Program-made: the position numbers and the translations under genes | In this document: positions 35,377 through 45,217 of the stretch, piece by piece | Numbering within the stretch: position 1 is the stretch's first letter | Layout of the letters: every line of letters begins with the position of its first letter | Source of the DNA: Actinomycetota bacterium | GTDB taxonomy: Bacteria; Actinomycetota; Aquicultoria; SKW223 | Reading direction: 5' to 3' | DNA: 58,672 nt | Assembly: GCA_026417515.1 (NCBI GenBank) | Contig: JAOADC010000022.1 | Coordinates: 1 to 58,672, forward strand | Notes under the pieces: generated by a model | Database searches by the model: none | What the model was told of the DNA's origin: nothing | What the model saw: the letters and a program-made list of their open reading frames with translations, nothing else

Positions 35377-36252
35377 TTAATCTTTAAGATAATTTTCGGT
35401 AAATTCCACTGATAAAAATCCATTAAAGACATGTTCAGCTACTCCTTCAAGGTGAGAGTTCCCCTCTGAATCGAATTCTACGAATAAATGCCCACCTGGA
35501 AGGTCAACACGAACAGGTTGTTCGGTCAATCCAGTCTTTACAGCAGCTGCAGCAGTAGCAACTGCACCTGTACCACACGCAAGCGTTATGCCTGCTCCCC
35601 TTTCCCACACCCTAGCCTTTACAAGGTTTGAAGATAAAACTGTAGCAAACTCAACGTTGGTTTTTCTTGGAAATGCCTCGTGATTTTCAATCAAAGGTCC
35701 AATTTTCTCCAGATTTATTCTGTCAACTTCATCAACAAAAATTACACAGTGAGGGTTTCCAACAGAAACACAGGTAACTACCAACTCCAGGTTATCTATT
35801 TTTAATGGAACTTCAACTGCTTCTTCTCCCTCGCTTAGAAGAGTAGTTGGAATATCTTCAGCCTTAAAGGAAACTTTTCCCATATTTACGCGTGCACCAA
35901 TTGCGTTGCCTCTTTCGAAGAAAAGTTCAACTTCTTTTATCCCTGCTCTTGTATCTATGAGCATAGTTTTTTTGCTAACGATATTCTGATCGTATAAAAA
36001 CTTAGCAAAGCATCGAATTCCGTTGCCACACATCTCAGCAATGCTTCCATCTGGATTGTAAAACAACATATATGCATCTGCGTTTTTTGTTCTTCTGGCT
36101 ATAATAAGTCCATCTGAACCTATACCATAGTGTCTATCGCAGAGAATTCTTACCTGCTCTTCAGTCAGGTTGAGAACTCCATCCATATCGTTGATGATGA
36201 TAAAATCGTTCCCAGCAGCTTGGTATTTGGAAAACTCAAGCATTTCGTCCAT
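35377..36252 (-). CDS. dapF: Diaminopimelate epimerase
   Basis: It has the two catalytic Cys motifs EMCGNGIRC and LACGTGAVA. Confidence 0.93.
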   Translation of the reverse strand: MDEMLEFSKYQAAGNDFIIINDMDGVLNLTEEQVRILCDRHYGIGSDGLIIARRTKNADAYMLFYNPDGSIAEMCGNGIRCFAKFLYDQNIVSKKTMLIDTRAGIKEVELFFERGNAIGARVNMGKVSFKAEDIPTTLLSEGEEAVEVPLKIDNLELVVTCVSVGNPHCVIFVDEVDRINLEKIGPLIENHEAFPRKTNVEFATVLSSNLVKARVWERGAGITLACGTGAVATAAAAVKTGLTEQPVRVDLPGGHLFVEFDSEGNSHLEGVAEHVFNGFLSVEFTENYLKD

Positions 36253-36301
36253 TGATATTCCTCCTAACGCAATAATAAGAAAATTAAATTTTACTTAATA
36301 A

Positions 36302-37222
36302 TCAGCAAAGGTATCTATTGAGTATTTTTTCTACTGCCTCTTCAATGCTCAAGCCTGAAATATCAATCGCTGTAAAGTTATTATCATTCTTAAACCACGA
36401 AATTTGTCTTTTAGCGTAGTTCCTTGTCCTTCGCTTTATGGTTTCCACTGCGTTTTCAAATGATATCTTTCCTTGTAAATAATCTGCTATCTCCTTATAT
36501 CCTATTGCCTGCGAAGCGGTTTTTCCAAGATTAAAATTCTCAATCAGAAATTTAACCTCATCAACAAAACCTCTTTGAATCATCCTTTCCACTCTGAGAT
36601 CAATACGTCTGTATAGTTCCTCTCTCTCGCAGTAAAGCCAGAGATTGAGCGAGTTATAGACAGGTTTTCTATTCTTCCAACGTCGATATAAATCAGAATA
36701 CCTGACTCCAGCCTGCATATAAATTTCTATGGCTCTTATAAGCCTGCGACCATTTCTAAGATCAATAATATCTAGCGCATCTGGATCGATTTCATTTAAC
36801 TTCTTTATAATGCTTGATGGATCCTTTCTATATTCCTGTAGCAAAGATTCTCTTAATCCATCCTTCTTCACTTCTTCAGGTATTTCTATATCAAAAAGCA
36901 AGGCGGTCATATAAAGTGGTGTTCCTCCTACAACAATCGCTTTTTTATTCCTTCTAAAAACACCATTTAGACATTTTTCTGCAAGAGTTTTATATTCAGC
37001 AACAGAGAAGTCTTTGTCTGGCATACAAATATCTATCATATGATGTAACGGATTTAGTCTATTCTTAACTGGGATCTTTGCAGTTCCAATATCCATATAA
37101 CAATAGACTTGAAAGGCATCAGCAGAAACCACTTCTGCATCCAAGGCATTGGCAATAGCAATTGAAAGGTCTGTCTTGCCAGAAGCCGTTGGACCTGCGA
37201 TTGCAATTATATCGAACGTCAA
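36302..37222 (-). CDS. miaA: tRNA dimethylallyltransferase
   Basis: It has the P-loop GPTASGKT and the MiaA pattern VGGTPLY. Confidence 0.93.
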   Translation of the reverse strand: MTFDIIAIAGPTASGKTDLSIAIANALDAEVVSADAFQVYCYMDIGTAKIPVKNRLNPLHHMIDICMPDKDFSVAEYKTLAEKCLNGVFRRNKKAIVVGGTPLYMTALLFDIEIPEEVKKDGLRESLLQEYRKDPSSIIKKLNEIDPDALDIIDLRNGRRLIRAIEIYMQAGVRYSDLYRRWKNRKPVYNSLNLWLYCEREELYRRIDLRVERMIQRGFVDEVKFLIENFNLGKTASQAIGYKEIADYLQGKISFENAVETIKRRTRNYAKRQISWFKNDNNFTAIDISGLSIEEAVEKILNRYLC

Positions 37223-37240
37223 TCTGTCCCCTCAATCCTT

Positions 37241-38536
37241 TCAATCTTTGATTAACTCGCCAACCAAGTGATGGGGTCCAGCATCTTTTATTAAAACTTT
37301 TACTTTTTCGCCTACTTTATGGTAACCATTTTTGAAAAGAACGACCTTTCCTGTTTCGGTTCTTGCCTGAACAAATCCTCTTGTTTTGGATTTTCCTTCA
37401 ACAATAGCATCAAGCGCATCGCCAACGAGCCTCAGGTTCTGCTTTAGATTTACTTCCTTAACCTTTTCAGTAAGAATTTGAAATCTCTCCTTTTTAACGT
37501 CTTCTGGTATCTGGTCTTCATATTTAGACGCTTCAGCAAACGGTCTTGGAGAGAACATAAATGTAAATACCTGATCAAAAGAAGCCACTTCGACAAGTTC
37601 TATCGTCTCATTAAAGTCCTTATCTGTCTCGCCAGGAAAGCCTACGATAATGTCAGTGGTAAGCGAGAGATTTGGAATCTTTCGTATTTTTTCAACTATC
37701 TCTAAATAGCGCTCTCTTGTATATCCCCTTTTCATTCGCATCAATACTCTGTTCGAACCAGATTGAACTGGTAGGTGAAGTTGTTTACTGATATTTCCTT
37801 TCGAAGCCATAAGTTCGATAAGTTGATCCTGAAAATCAGCAGGATGAGAGGTGGCAAAAGAAACTTTTCTAAATCCTATGTTTGCTATCTCATCCAAAAG
37901 ATTGACAAAATCCGTTTTTCCATAAATATCCTTACCATAAGCATTTACATTTTGACCGATCAGGGTTATATCAAGAACACCATCGTTAAAAAGTTTTTTT
38001 GCCTCATTGATGATGTCTTCTCTTTTTCTTGAAACCATCTTTCCACGTGCGTAAGGCACAACACAATAGCTGCAGAAATTGTCGCATCCCTTGGTAATCA
38101 ATAACCATGCGTGGTGAGGAGTTTCTCGCTTAGAAGGAAGTTCTGAGGCAAAAAAATGGGTATCGAATTCTGTTGCAACAGTACGCCTACCATTGATTGC
38201 CTCTGAGACAAAAGTTAGAAGATCATCAATCTCATCAGGGCCAAAAACAAAATCAACGAATGGTATCTCTTTTAATAGTCGCTCCTTTTCAATCTGGGCA
38301 ACACAGCCTGCGATGCCAATAACAGCTCCTCTTTTTTTGGGCTTTCCTAACGATCTTACATAACCTTTCAGACGCTTTACAGCATTTTCCCTTACAGCAC
38401 AAGTATTTACAATAATTACGTCTGCATCATTGGAGCTGCTTGCAGGCAAAAATCCTGCCACCTCAAGCAGTCCAGAGATTCTTTCAGAATCATGCTTATT
38501 CATTTGGCAGCCAAAAGTTTTTACAAAATACCTCAT
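37241..38536 (-). CDS. miaB: tRNA-2-methylthio-N6-dimethylallyladenosine synthase (methylthiotransferase)
   Basis: It has an MTTase N-domain (TFGCQMN), the radical SAM motif CDNFCSYC and a TRAM C-terminus. Confidence 0.92.
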   Translation of the reverse strand: MRYFVKTFGCQMNKHDSERISGLLEVAGFLPASSSNDADVIIVNTCAVRENAVKRLKGYVRSLGKPKKRGAVIGIAGCVAQIEKERLLKEIPFVDFVFGPDEIDDLLTFVSEAINGRRTVATEFDTHFFASELPSKRETPHHAWLLITKGCDNFCSYCVVPYARGKMVSRKREDIINEAKKLFNDGVLDITLIGQNVNAYGKDIYGKTDFVNLLDEIANIGFRKVSFATSHPADFQDQLIELMASKGNISKQLHLPVQSGSNRVLMRMKRGYTRERYLEIVEKIRKIPNLSLTTDIIVGFPGETDKDFNETIELVEVASFDQVFTFMFSPRPFAEASKYEDQIPEDVKKERFQILTEKVKEVNLKQNLRLVGDALDAIVEGKSKTRGFVQARTETGKVVLFKNGYHKVGEKVKVLIKDAGPHHLVGELIKD

Positions 38537-38569
38537 GCGTTCTATTTTACAAATAAAAAACGAATTTTT

Positions 38570-39391
38570 CTAAATGCCGACTGCTTCGAGAAATACCCTT
38601 TCGTACTCATCTGGAAGTTTAATTTGGCCAATACTATATCCTCTTTCGGAATCAGGGCCATGAGCATCTGATCCACCCAGAATTAAAAGTCCATACCTTT
38701 TTGCTAATTCAAGAAATTCGATTATCTGATCTTCTGTATGATCTGGATGAAAAACTTCTATACCTTTAAGACCTGCATCTACCAAATCTTCAATGGGTAA
38801 AGAAACCCTGTAATCCCCTGGATGGGCTAAAACCGGGATTCCAGACGACTTAATAACAAGATTTATTTGCTCAAAGGGGGTTACAATAAACTTCTCCCTG
38901 AAGCAGGGCTTATTTCTCGAAAGCCAGACATTGAAGGCTTCTGAAACCGAATTGATGTAACCCTTATTCACCAACACTCTTGCTATATGCGATCTTCCCA
39001 CCGCCTCAGAAGATCCTGCAATTTCTAAAAGGTCTTCCACTTCAATTTCATAGCCGAATTCTTTCAGGCAGTCGACTATCTCAATGAGCCTTTCTATGCG
39101 TTTCTTTTTAAATAATTCAAGTGAAGATAGAAGTTCTTCGTTTTTAAAATCTATACCGTAACCCAGAATATGTACATCCTCGTCTTTATAAACAGAGCTG
39201 AGTTCTATTCCTGGAACGACTTTAATTCCTGAACGATTGGATTTTTCAACTATTTCTTTAATGCCGCCAACACTATCATGATCTGTTAAAGAAATGGAGG
39301 TTAACTGTTTTCTTTCAGCCTCTTCAATTATCTGATCAATGGTATACGTTCCATCAGAATAATTGGAGTGAATGTGGTAGTCAGCAGGCAT
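38570..39391 (-). CDS. PHP-domain metal-dependent phosphoesterase
   Basis: It has DYHIHSNYSDG, LTDHDS and GGSDAHG. Its start abuts the spoVS stop (TAAATG), and its SD lies inside the last spoVS codons. Confidence 0.85.
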   Translation of the reverse strand: MPADYHIHSNYSDGTYTIDQIIEEAERKQLTSISLTDHDSVGGIKEIVEKSNRSGIKVVPGIELSSVYKDEDVHILGYGIDFKNEELLSSLELFKKKRIERLIEIVDCLKEFGYEIEVEDLLEIAGSSEAVGRSHIARVLVNKGYINSVSEAFNVWLSRNKPCFREKFIVTPFEQINLVIKSSGIPVLAHPGDYRVSLPIEDLVDAGLKGIEVFHPDHTEDQIIEFLELAKRYGLLILGGSDAHGPDSERGYSIGQIKLPDEYERVFLEAVGI

Positions 39392-39661
39392 TTACTCCTC
39401 TTTTGCTTCTACCTTCAGCTTAATGGCAGTCTTTATCTTTCCATCAACTTCTATTTCTCTGAAGGAAGGGGCACAGACCAAATCATATCCTGCAGGAGCA
39501 AGAAATCCTCTAGCAATGGCTATAGCCTTTATGGCTTGGTTCAAGGCACCAGCACCAATCACCTGAATTTCAACTGAATTTTCTTCTTTGATAATACCTG
39601 CGATTGCACCTGCAACTGAATTAGGGTTTGATTTTGATGATACCTTGAGCACCTGTACCAT
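39392..39661 (-). CDS. spoVS: Stage V sporulation protein S family protein
   Basis: The 89-aa protein reads LKVSSKSNPNSVAGAIAG...GAGALNQAIKAIAIARGF, characteristic of SpoVS. Confidence 0.9.
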   Translation of the reverse strand: MVQVLKVSSKSNPNSVAGAIAGIIKEENSVEIQVIGAGALNQAIKAIAIARGFLAPAGYDLVCAPSFREIEVDGKIKTAIKLKVEAKEE

Positions 39662-39748
39662 TTTATCCTCCTAAGTGCTTTGTCTGTTTCTGCATCTATG
39701 CTGCTACAATATTTTTCGACAACTTAAACGATTAGTTTAAATAATTTA

Positions 39749-40789
39749 TTAAAATTCTTCTGAAGGTTCAAGCGTTACTTGAATCTTTATCTGTCCTCTA
39801 GATTTAATCTGCTTAACTTCAATCAGTTCATATGAATATCTTTTTAAATGAGGTTCAAGGACTTTTCTGACTCCTTCAGTTATGACCTTCCAATCTTCAG
39901 GTAAGATACCGGAAACCTTAGATGTGCTTCCACTTGAAAAAACGCGCCTTATTTGTTTACCGATTGAAACAGGCTTTGAAACTTCTCCGCTTAGTATTCT
40001 GTAGGCAGTCCTTTGAGAGATCTGAATGCCGAGTTTTCTAGCAAAATCTACGAGTCCATCTGCATCAAAATTCTTTAATTCATTAGCGCTGCGAAGCGCA
40101 TTAAAACTCGCATGGTTAGATATTAATGCAATGACTTCAGCAGGACTTCCAAGATATACCTCGATATCGGGATGCTTTAAATAAAAATCAAGAATAGTAA
40201 AAAGAATGTTCTTCTGTCCTTTTATTTCATATCCTTCAGATGTCTTCACGATTTTCGGTTTCTCTGCCTGGTTTTTTCTCTCCGGTATCACTTGAAGATC
40301 AAAAAGAACTCTTATACTCGTTCCTGCATATGGCTTCGAGTAGCAAACTCTTGCATCACCTGCATTGAGTCGTATGGAGTAAAGTGCCATACCTCTTCCG
40401 TGAACTCCATACTCGTCCTCTACGTAATCTTTAACCCTTGAGGTTACGCGTGGCTCAAAGATGATTTCATGGAAGCCGTCAGGAATACCGATACCATTAT
40501 CAATAACGATTATCTCTCTGTAGCGACCCTCGTGAAGACTTGTGCCAACTGCAATTGCTGTTGCTTTTGCATCTCTTGAGTTTCTAAGCAACTCAAGAAG
40601 CGCATCTTCAACCCACCGTATGTCGTGTTTTGCCTGCCTTTTCTCAGCTTCCTGAATTCCGAGTTTGAAAAATCCTGAACCCAAATCCTTCTCTATAAGA
40701 GATTCGGAAAAAGTTGAAAATCTCTTATAGAAAGCGATGTCTTCGCCTTTTTTATCACTACTTGGCATATTCGACTGCTCTTCTCTCAC
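39749..40789 (-). CDS. Orphan GHKL-type ATPase (HATPase_c) with uncharacterised C-terminal domain
   Basis: It has an N box [10 protein letters not shown]1 DNGIGIP and G2 GVHGRGMA. There is no DHp/His box. The C-terminal segment [14 protein letters not shown] is HTH-like. The start is GTG 40789 or ATG 40768; both overlap the rny 3' end. Confidence 0.7.
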   Translation of the reverse strand: MREEQSNMPSSDKKGEDIAFYKRFSTFSESLIEKDLGSGFFKLGIQEAEKRQAKHDIRWVEDALLELLRNSRDAKATAIAVGTSLHEGRYREIIVIDNGIGIPDGFHEIIFEPRVTSRVKDYVEDEYGVHGRGMALYSIRLNAGDARVCYSKPYAGTSIRVLFDLQVIPERKNQAEKPKIVKTSEGYEIKGQKNILFTILDFYLKHPDIEVYLGSPAEVIALISNHASFNALRSANELKNFDADGLVDFARKLGIQISQRTAYRILSGEVSKPVSIGKQIRRVFSSGSTSKVSGILPEDWKVITEGVRKVLEPHLKRYSYELIEVKQIKSRGQIKIQVTLEPSEEF

Positions 40790-42296
40790 GTATAACAGTA
40801 ACCTTTATCTGACCAGGATACTCCATTTCACTTTCTATTTTTTTTGCAAGCTCGCGAGCAATTATCTCGGCTTCTTCGTCACTTATTTCGTCCGGCTTAA
40901 CAATCACCCTAACTTCCCTTCCTGCCTGCATTGCATAGCACTTTTCCACTCCTTTAAAAGAGCTTGCAATCTTCTCCAACTGTTCCAATCTTCTTATATA
41001 ACTTTCCAATGTCTCTCTTCTTGCTCCTGGTCGTGATGCAGAGATCGCATCTGCTGCCTGTACAAGCACTGATTCAATTGATGTAAAGGGCGCCAGACCG
41101 TGGTGGGCTTCGATGGCATTTATAACAACCTCTGATTCACGATATTTGCGCGCTATCTCTGAACCAATCTTATCGTGACTGCCTTGTATTTCGTGGTCAA
41201 CGGCTTTGCCAATGTCATGGAGAAGTCCCGCTCTCCTGGCTAATTTTGAATCGAGACCGAGCTCATCAGCCATAATGCTAGCAATATAGGCAACTTCTAT
41301 GGAGTGCTGCAGAACATTCTGACCGTAGGATGTTCGAAATTTTAACCTACCAAGCAATCTCACTATTTCAGGATGTATGCCTGAAAGACCTAACTCGAAT
41401 ACCGCTTCTTCTCCGACCTCTTTAAATTCCTCTTCTATTTCTTCCTTCACCTTCTCATAAATCTCTTCAATCCTTGCTGGATGGATGCGACCGTCCAGAA
41501 TTAGCTTTTCCAGTGTTCTCTTCGCTATTTCACGTCTGATTGGATCGAAACTCGACAAGGTAACGGCTTCAGGTGTGTCATCAATGATGAGATTGATTCC
41601 TGTTAGGTTTTCAAAGGTTCTTATATTTCTACCTTCTCGCCCTATGATTCGCCCTTTCATATCATCGCTCGGTAATGTAACAACAGATACCGTTGTTTCT
41701 GCTGCAAGGTCGCTTGCGTATCTTTGAATGGCAGTGGAAATAATCTCCTTTGCTTTCTTATCTGCTTCCTGAAGTGCTCGCTCTTCTTCTTCTTTAAATA
41801 TTTTGGCTGCTTCAAGTCGGGCTTCTTCTCTCGCTTTCTCAAGCACTATTTCTTTTGCCTGCTCCATCGTAAGTCCAGAGATTCTTTCGAGCTCTTTCAG
41901 TTGCTTCTCAAGAATCTCCTCGGCTTCCTGTTTGAGTTTTTCCGACTCCTGTTTAAGAGCAAGTGCCATCATTCTTGATTCTTCAGCTTCTTTGATTCTC
42001 TGATCTAAATCCTCTTCTCTTTTAAGGATTCTTTCCTCAAGTCTCTGGATTTCGTTCCTTCTGAGTTTCAACTCGTTCTCTACTTCTTCTCTTAACTTCG
42101 CTGCTTCTTCGCGAGCCTTTAGCGAAGCCTCTCTCAATATCTCCTCTGATTTCTTTTTTGCCTCTTCAATTATCTGATTTGCTCTTTCTGTGAGGCTTTT
42201 ATTGCGAAGAGTGAGGTAAAAGTAAAAACCTGCAACACCAATAGCTATTCCTGCAATTAGGAAAACCATTGTTAAGAGTGTATTTAAACCATTCAT
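40758..42296 (-). CDS. rny: Ribonuclease Y
   Basis: It has an N-terminal TM helix, a long coiled coil, a KH domain ([12 protein letters not shown]) and an HD domain (GLLHDIGK). Confidence 0.96.
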   Translation of the reverse strand: MNGLNTLLTMVFLIAGIAIGVAGFYFYLTLRNKSLTERANQIIEEAKKKSEEILREASLKAREEAAKLREEVENELKLRRNEIQRLEERILKREEDLDQRIKEAEESRMMALALKQESEKLKQEAEEILEKQLKELERISGLTMEQAKEIVLEKAREEARLEAAKIFKEEEERALQEADKKAKEIISTAIQRYASDLAAETTVSVVTLPSDDMKGRIIGREGRNIRTFENLTGINLIIDDTPEAVTLSSFDPIRREIAKRTLEKLILDGRIHPARIEEIYEKVKEEIEEEFKEVGEEAVFELGLSGIHPEIVRLLGRLKFRTSYGQNVLQHSIEVAYIASIMADELGLDSKLARRAGLLHDIGKAVDHEIQGSHDKIGSEIARKYRESEVVINAIEAHHGLAPFTSIESVLVQAADAISASRPGARRETLESYIRRLEQLEKIASSFKGVEKCYAMQAGREVRVIVKPDEISDEEAEIIARELAKKIESEMEYPGQIKVTVIRERRAVEYAK

Positions 42297-42340
42297 AATT
42301 CAATCCTCCTTCCATAGTAAGCCCAGCCCTTTAACAAAAT

Positions 42341-42361
42341 AAGCCGGGCAGAGCCCGGCTT
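42341..42361 (-). terminator. Stem-loop AAGCCGGGC-UCU-GCCCGGCUU followed by AUUUUGUU (terminator or rny 5' leader structure)
   Basis: This perfect 9-bp GC-rich stem was read directly. It lies 45 nt upstream of the rny start. Confidence 0.7.
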
Positions 42362-42408
42362 AATAAAGATTTTCTATGCAAAAACAAACCTTTATTTCTT
42401 TATTTAAA

Positions 42409-42425
42409 CTGCTCCAGTGGAGCAG
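42409..42425 (-). terminator. Stem-loop CUGCUCC-ACU-GGAGCAG downstream of recX
   Basis: The 7-bp stem is followed by UUUAAAUAAAG, a weak U tract. Confidence 0.45.
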
Positions 42426-42505
42426 TGTTTGAAACCGAACTCTGCCAAAAGCAAAGAATTCTAAACATAAATGTTAAATAATTTCGTAGTAAAAATCAAA
42501 CTGGA

Positions 42506-42988
42506 TTAATCCTCCTGGTTCTCCTTAAACTCTGCCATTGCTTTGCTTACTGCTTTTAAACAAACATCGATACTGAAACCTCTACTTGCAAGGAAACGCA
42601 GGAGTTTGTTCTTGATGTCCTTAGAATGGGCACTTTCCAACTTTTTAAGCTTCGTTCTTGCAATCTCAACAGCAGTATTAAATTCACTTTCATAACTGCT
42701 TTTCTTAAGAACCTGCTTAATAATTTCGTTAGAAAAACCTCGTTTTCTTAATTTTTGTTCAATTGAAAATCTACCGAATTTTTTTGCATAAGATTCAGCC
42801 AATAGTTCACATGAGCGGAACTCATCCAGGACACCGATCTCTTTGAGTCTATTTATTATCTGCTGCGCGTGCTCTCCGCATCCCTTTTTTTCTAAATATT
42901 CAAGAAGTCTCGATTCAGAGCAAAGATATCTTGAGGCGTAACCTATTGCCAATTTATAGCATTTTTCCTGGCCTGACTTATCTTTCAA
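42506..42988 (-). CDS. recX: Recombination regulator RecX
   Basis: It shows a three-repeat helical RecX pattern and lies immediately downstream of recA. Confidence 0.85.
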   Translation of the reverse strand: MKDKSGQEKCYKLAIGYASRYLCSESRLLEYLEKKGCGEHAQQIINRLKEIGVLDEFRSCELLAESYAKKFGRFSIEQKLRKRGFSNEIIKQVLKKSSYESEFNTAVEIARTKLKKLESAHSKDIKNKLLRFLASRGFSIDVCLKAVSKAMAEFKENQED

Positions 42989-43002
42989 CCTATACTTTAA
43001 GT

Positions 43003-43995
43003 TTATAATTTGCCTAATCCGATAGATTCTCTTACTTTGTTTTCTATCTCCTTGCAGATCTCTGGATTCTCAATCAAGAAATCTCTGGCTTGTTCTCTTC
43101 CTTGTCCAAGTTTTATATCCCCATAGGAAAACCAACTTCCACTTTTTTCAACGATACCTTTTTGAACAGCAAGGTCAAGAACGCTTCCTTCCTTCGATAT
43201 TCCTTTTCCATAGATGATGTCAAATTCAGCATTCTTAAAAGGTGGTGCAACCTTGTTCTTAACAACCTTGGCCCTGATTCTTGCTCCAATATCTTCAGTT
43301 CCTTTTTTAAGAGATTCGATCTTTCTTACATCGATACGAACACTCGCCCAGAACTTTAAAGCCCTACCACCCGGAGTAACTTCAGGATTTCCAAACATAA
43401 CTCCGATTTTTTCTCTCAACTGGTTGATAAAGATAACTGCGACCTGAGATTTGCTTATTGAACCAGCCAGTTTTCGAAGCGCTTGACTCATAAGTCTTGC
43501 CTGTAGACCAACCTGAGCATCACCCATCTCGCCTTCGATTTCAGCGCGTGGAACAAGGGCAGCAACTGAATCCACAACAATTACATCTACAGCACCGCTT
43601 CTAACCAGAGTTTCTGCTATTTCTAAAGCCTGTTCCCCGGTATCAGGTTGTGATACAAGAAGGTTATCTATATCCACACCTAAGTTTTTGGCATACATTG
43701 GATCGAGCGCATGTTCAGCATCTATGAAGGCTGCAATGCCTCCCATTTTCTGTGTTTCAGCAATAATCTGAAGCGCTAGGGTAGTCTTACCACTGGATTC
43801 TGGACCAAAAATCTCGATGATTCTACCTCTTGGTATACCTCCAACTCCCAATGCAACGTCAAGCGTTAGGGCTCCTGTTGGAATGACCTGAATGCCTTCC
43901 TCTATTGGCCTTTCTCCTAACTTCATTATCGAGCCTTTGCCATACTTTTTTTCGATCTGCATTCTTGCAAGTTCAAGCATCTTTTCCTTGTCCAT
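43003..43995 (-). CDS. recA: Recombinase RecA
   Basis: It has Walker [10 protein letters not shown], Walker [11 protein letters not shown] and the L2 region [14 protein letters not shown]. Confidence 0.98.
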   Translation of the reverse strand: MDKEKMLELARMQIEKKYGKGSIMKLGERPIEEGIQVIPTGALTLDVALGVGGIPRGRIIEIFGPESSGKTTLALQIIAETQKMGGIAAFIDAEHALDPMYAKNLGVDIDNLLVSQPDTGEQALEIAETLVRSGAVDVIVVDSVAALVPRAEIEGEMGDAQVGLQARLMSQALRKLAGSISKSQVAVIFINQLREKIGVMFGNPEVTPGGRALKFWASVRIDVRKIESLKKGTEDIGARIRAKVVKNKVAPPFKNAEFDIIYGKGISKEGSVLDLAVQKGIVEKSGSWFSYGDIKLGQGREQARDFLIENPEICKEIENKVRESIGLGKL

Positions 43996-44054
43996 TTGAT
44001 CCTCCTATTTTTATCCTGTATTAAATATTACAATACCATTTCCACATCTTCTAT

Positions 44055-44612
44055 TTAAGGAACCGATTTTAGTTCAATCGAGTACAGAACTTCATAAATA
44101 GGTCCTTTTGGTGTTAAGGTGGATTTAAAAATCTTCACAGAATTAGCAGTTACCTGGAAAACTTCTAATCCAGATTTCCTTATCCCCTCGATCTCTCTTG
44201 AAATGTTTGAAGGTCTTTTAAACCTTCCAATGGTTATGTGTGGAACAAATCTTTCTAATTTAGCGATATTGAATTCTTGTACCACTGATTGCACATCTTC
44301 TGCTAAGGATATAATCCTATCAGCCCCCTCCTTAACTCCAAACCACAACACCCTCGCATTTCTCTCAGAAGGGAATGCCCCCAATCCACTTATCGAAAAA
44401 TTAAAAATTTGATGCTTATTTAGCACTGATCTTAATTTTTCATAAATTTGCCTGAGCATTTGTTCATCAGTTTCTCCTAAGAATTTAAGAGTCAGATGAA
44501 TGTTGTTTGCAGAAACTGGCCTGTAATTTCTTTCCAAAAAGTACCTGTTTATATCAACCATCTTTTGAGAAACATTCTCAGGGATATCAATAGCAATGAA
44601 AGATCTGACCAT
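44055..44612 (-). CDS. thpR: RNA 2',3'-cyclic phosphodiesterase (2H family, ThpR/LigT)
   Basis: It has two HxT motifs: HLTLKFLG and HITIGR. Confidence 0.88.
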   Translation of the reverse strand: MVRSFIAIDIPENVSQKMVDINRYFLERNYRPVSANNIHLTLKFLGETDEQMLRQIYEKLRSVLNKHQIFNFSISGLGAFPSERNARVLWFGVKEGADRIISLAEDVQSVVQEFNIAKLERFVPHITIGRFKRPSNISREIEGIRKSGLEVFQVTANSVKIFKSTLTPKGPIYEVLYSIELKSVP

Positions 44613-44629
44613 AAACTTATCCTACCATT

Positions 44630-45214
44630 TTAAACGTTTTCAATTGATCCATGATGGTTTAGAGCGATTACCAACAATCCTAAAATCACGAAATCTGAAG
44701 CACTCTTTCTTACATCGTTTCTTTCTCCTGCAAACTTCTGAGTCCAGGTTATGTTTCTATCTGGCATCGAGAATCCAAAACAAACAGTTCCGATTTCTCT
44801 ATCTTCATCGCCTCTTCTGGGCCCAGCATATCCGGTAACCCCATATGCGATTTTGCTCTTAAATACTCTTCTGGCAGCAATCGCCATTTCTCTTGCTGTC
44901 CACTCAGACACAACTCCCTTGTAATTAAGCATTTCTTCGTCGATGCAAAGAATATTTATCTTTGAACTGACTGAATAAGTAACTGCTGCTCCAAGAAAGT
45001 AATCAGAAGAACCTGGAACAGAAGTGATAAGCGATGCAATCATTCCACCGGTTATGGATTCTGCTCCTGAAAATGTTAACTTCTTCTTAACTGATTCATT
45101 TTTCAGTTCCTCGCACACTTTCTCAATGCTAAAGTTAAAGATAGCATCTGGAATTGAAAAATCATTGAAACACCTCACCAAACCATCGTAAACCTCTGTA
45201 CTTATTTTCGACAA
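44630..45214 (-). CDS. cinA: CinA C-terminal domain protein (nicotinamide-nucleotide amidohydrolase PncC type)
   Basis: It has AESITGGMIAS...VPGSSDYF, the CinA_C pattern, and no MoCF N-domain. It sits in the pgsA-cinA-recA position. Confidence 0.88.
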   Translation of the reverse strand: MSKISTEVYDGLVRCFNDFSIPDAIFNFSIEKVCEELKNESVKKKLTFSGAESITGGMIASLITSVPGSSDYFLGAAVTYSVSSKINILCIDEEMLNYKGVVSEWTAREMAIAARRVFKSKIAYGVTGYAGPRRGDEDREIGTVCFGFSMPDRNITWTQKFAGERNDVRKSASDFVILGLLVIALNHHGSIENV

Positions 45215-45217
45215 AGG

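Noticed and set aside
43996-44054. An SOS-box-like palindrome TTGTAATATTTAATACAG lies upstream of recA.
   Set aside because: Its spacing is TTGT-N10-ACAG rather than the gammaproteobacterial CTGT-N8-ACAG. It is also unrelated to the Cheo-type box found at lexA in this same window. It is most likely an AT-rich promoter sequence.
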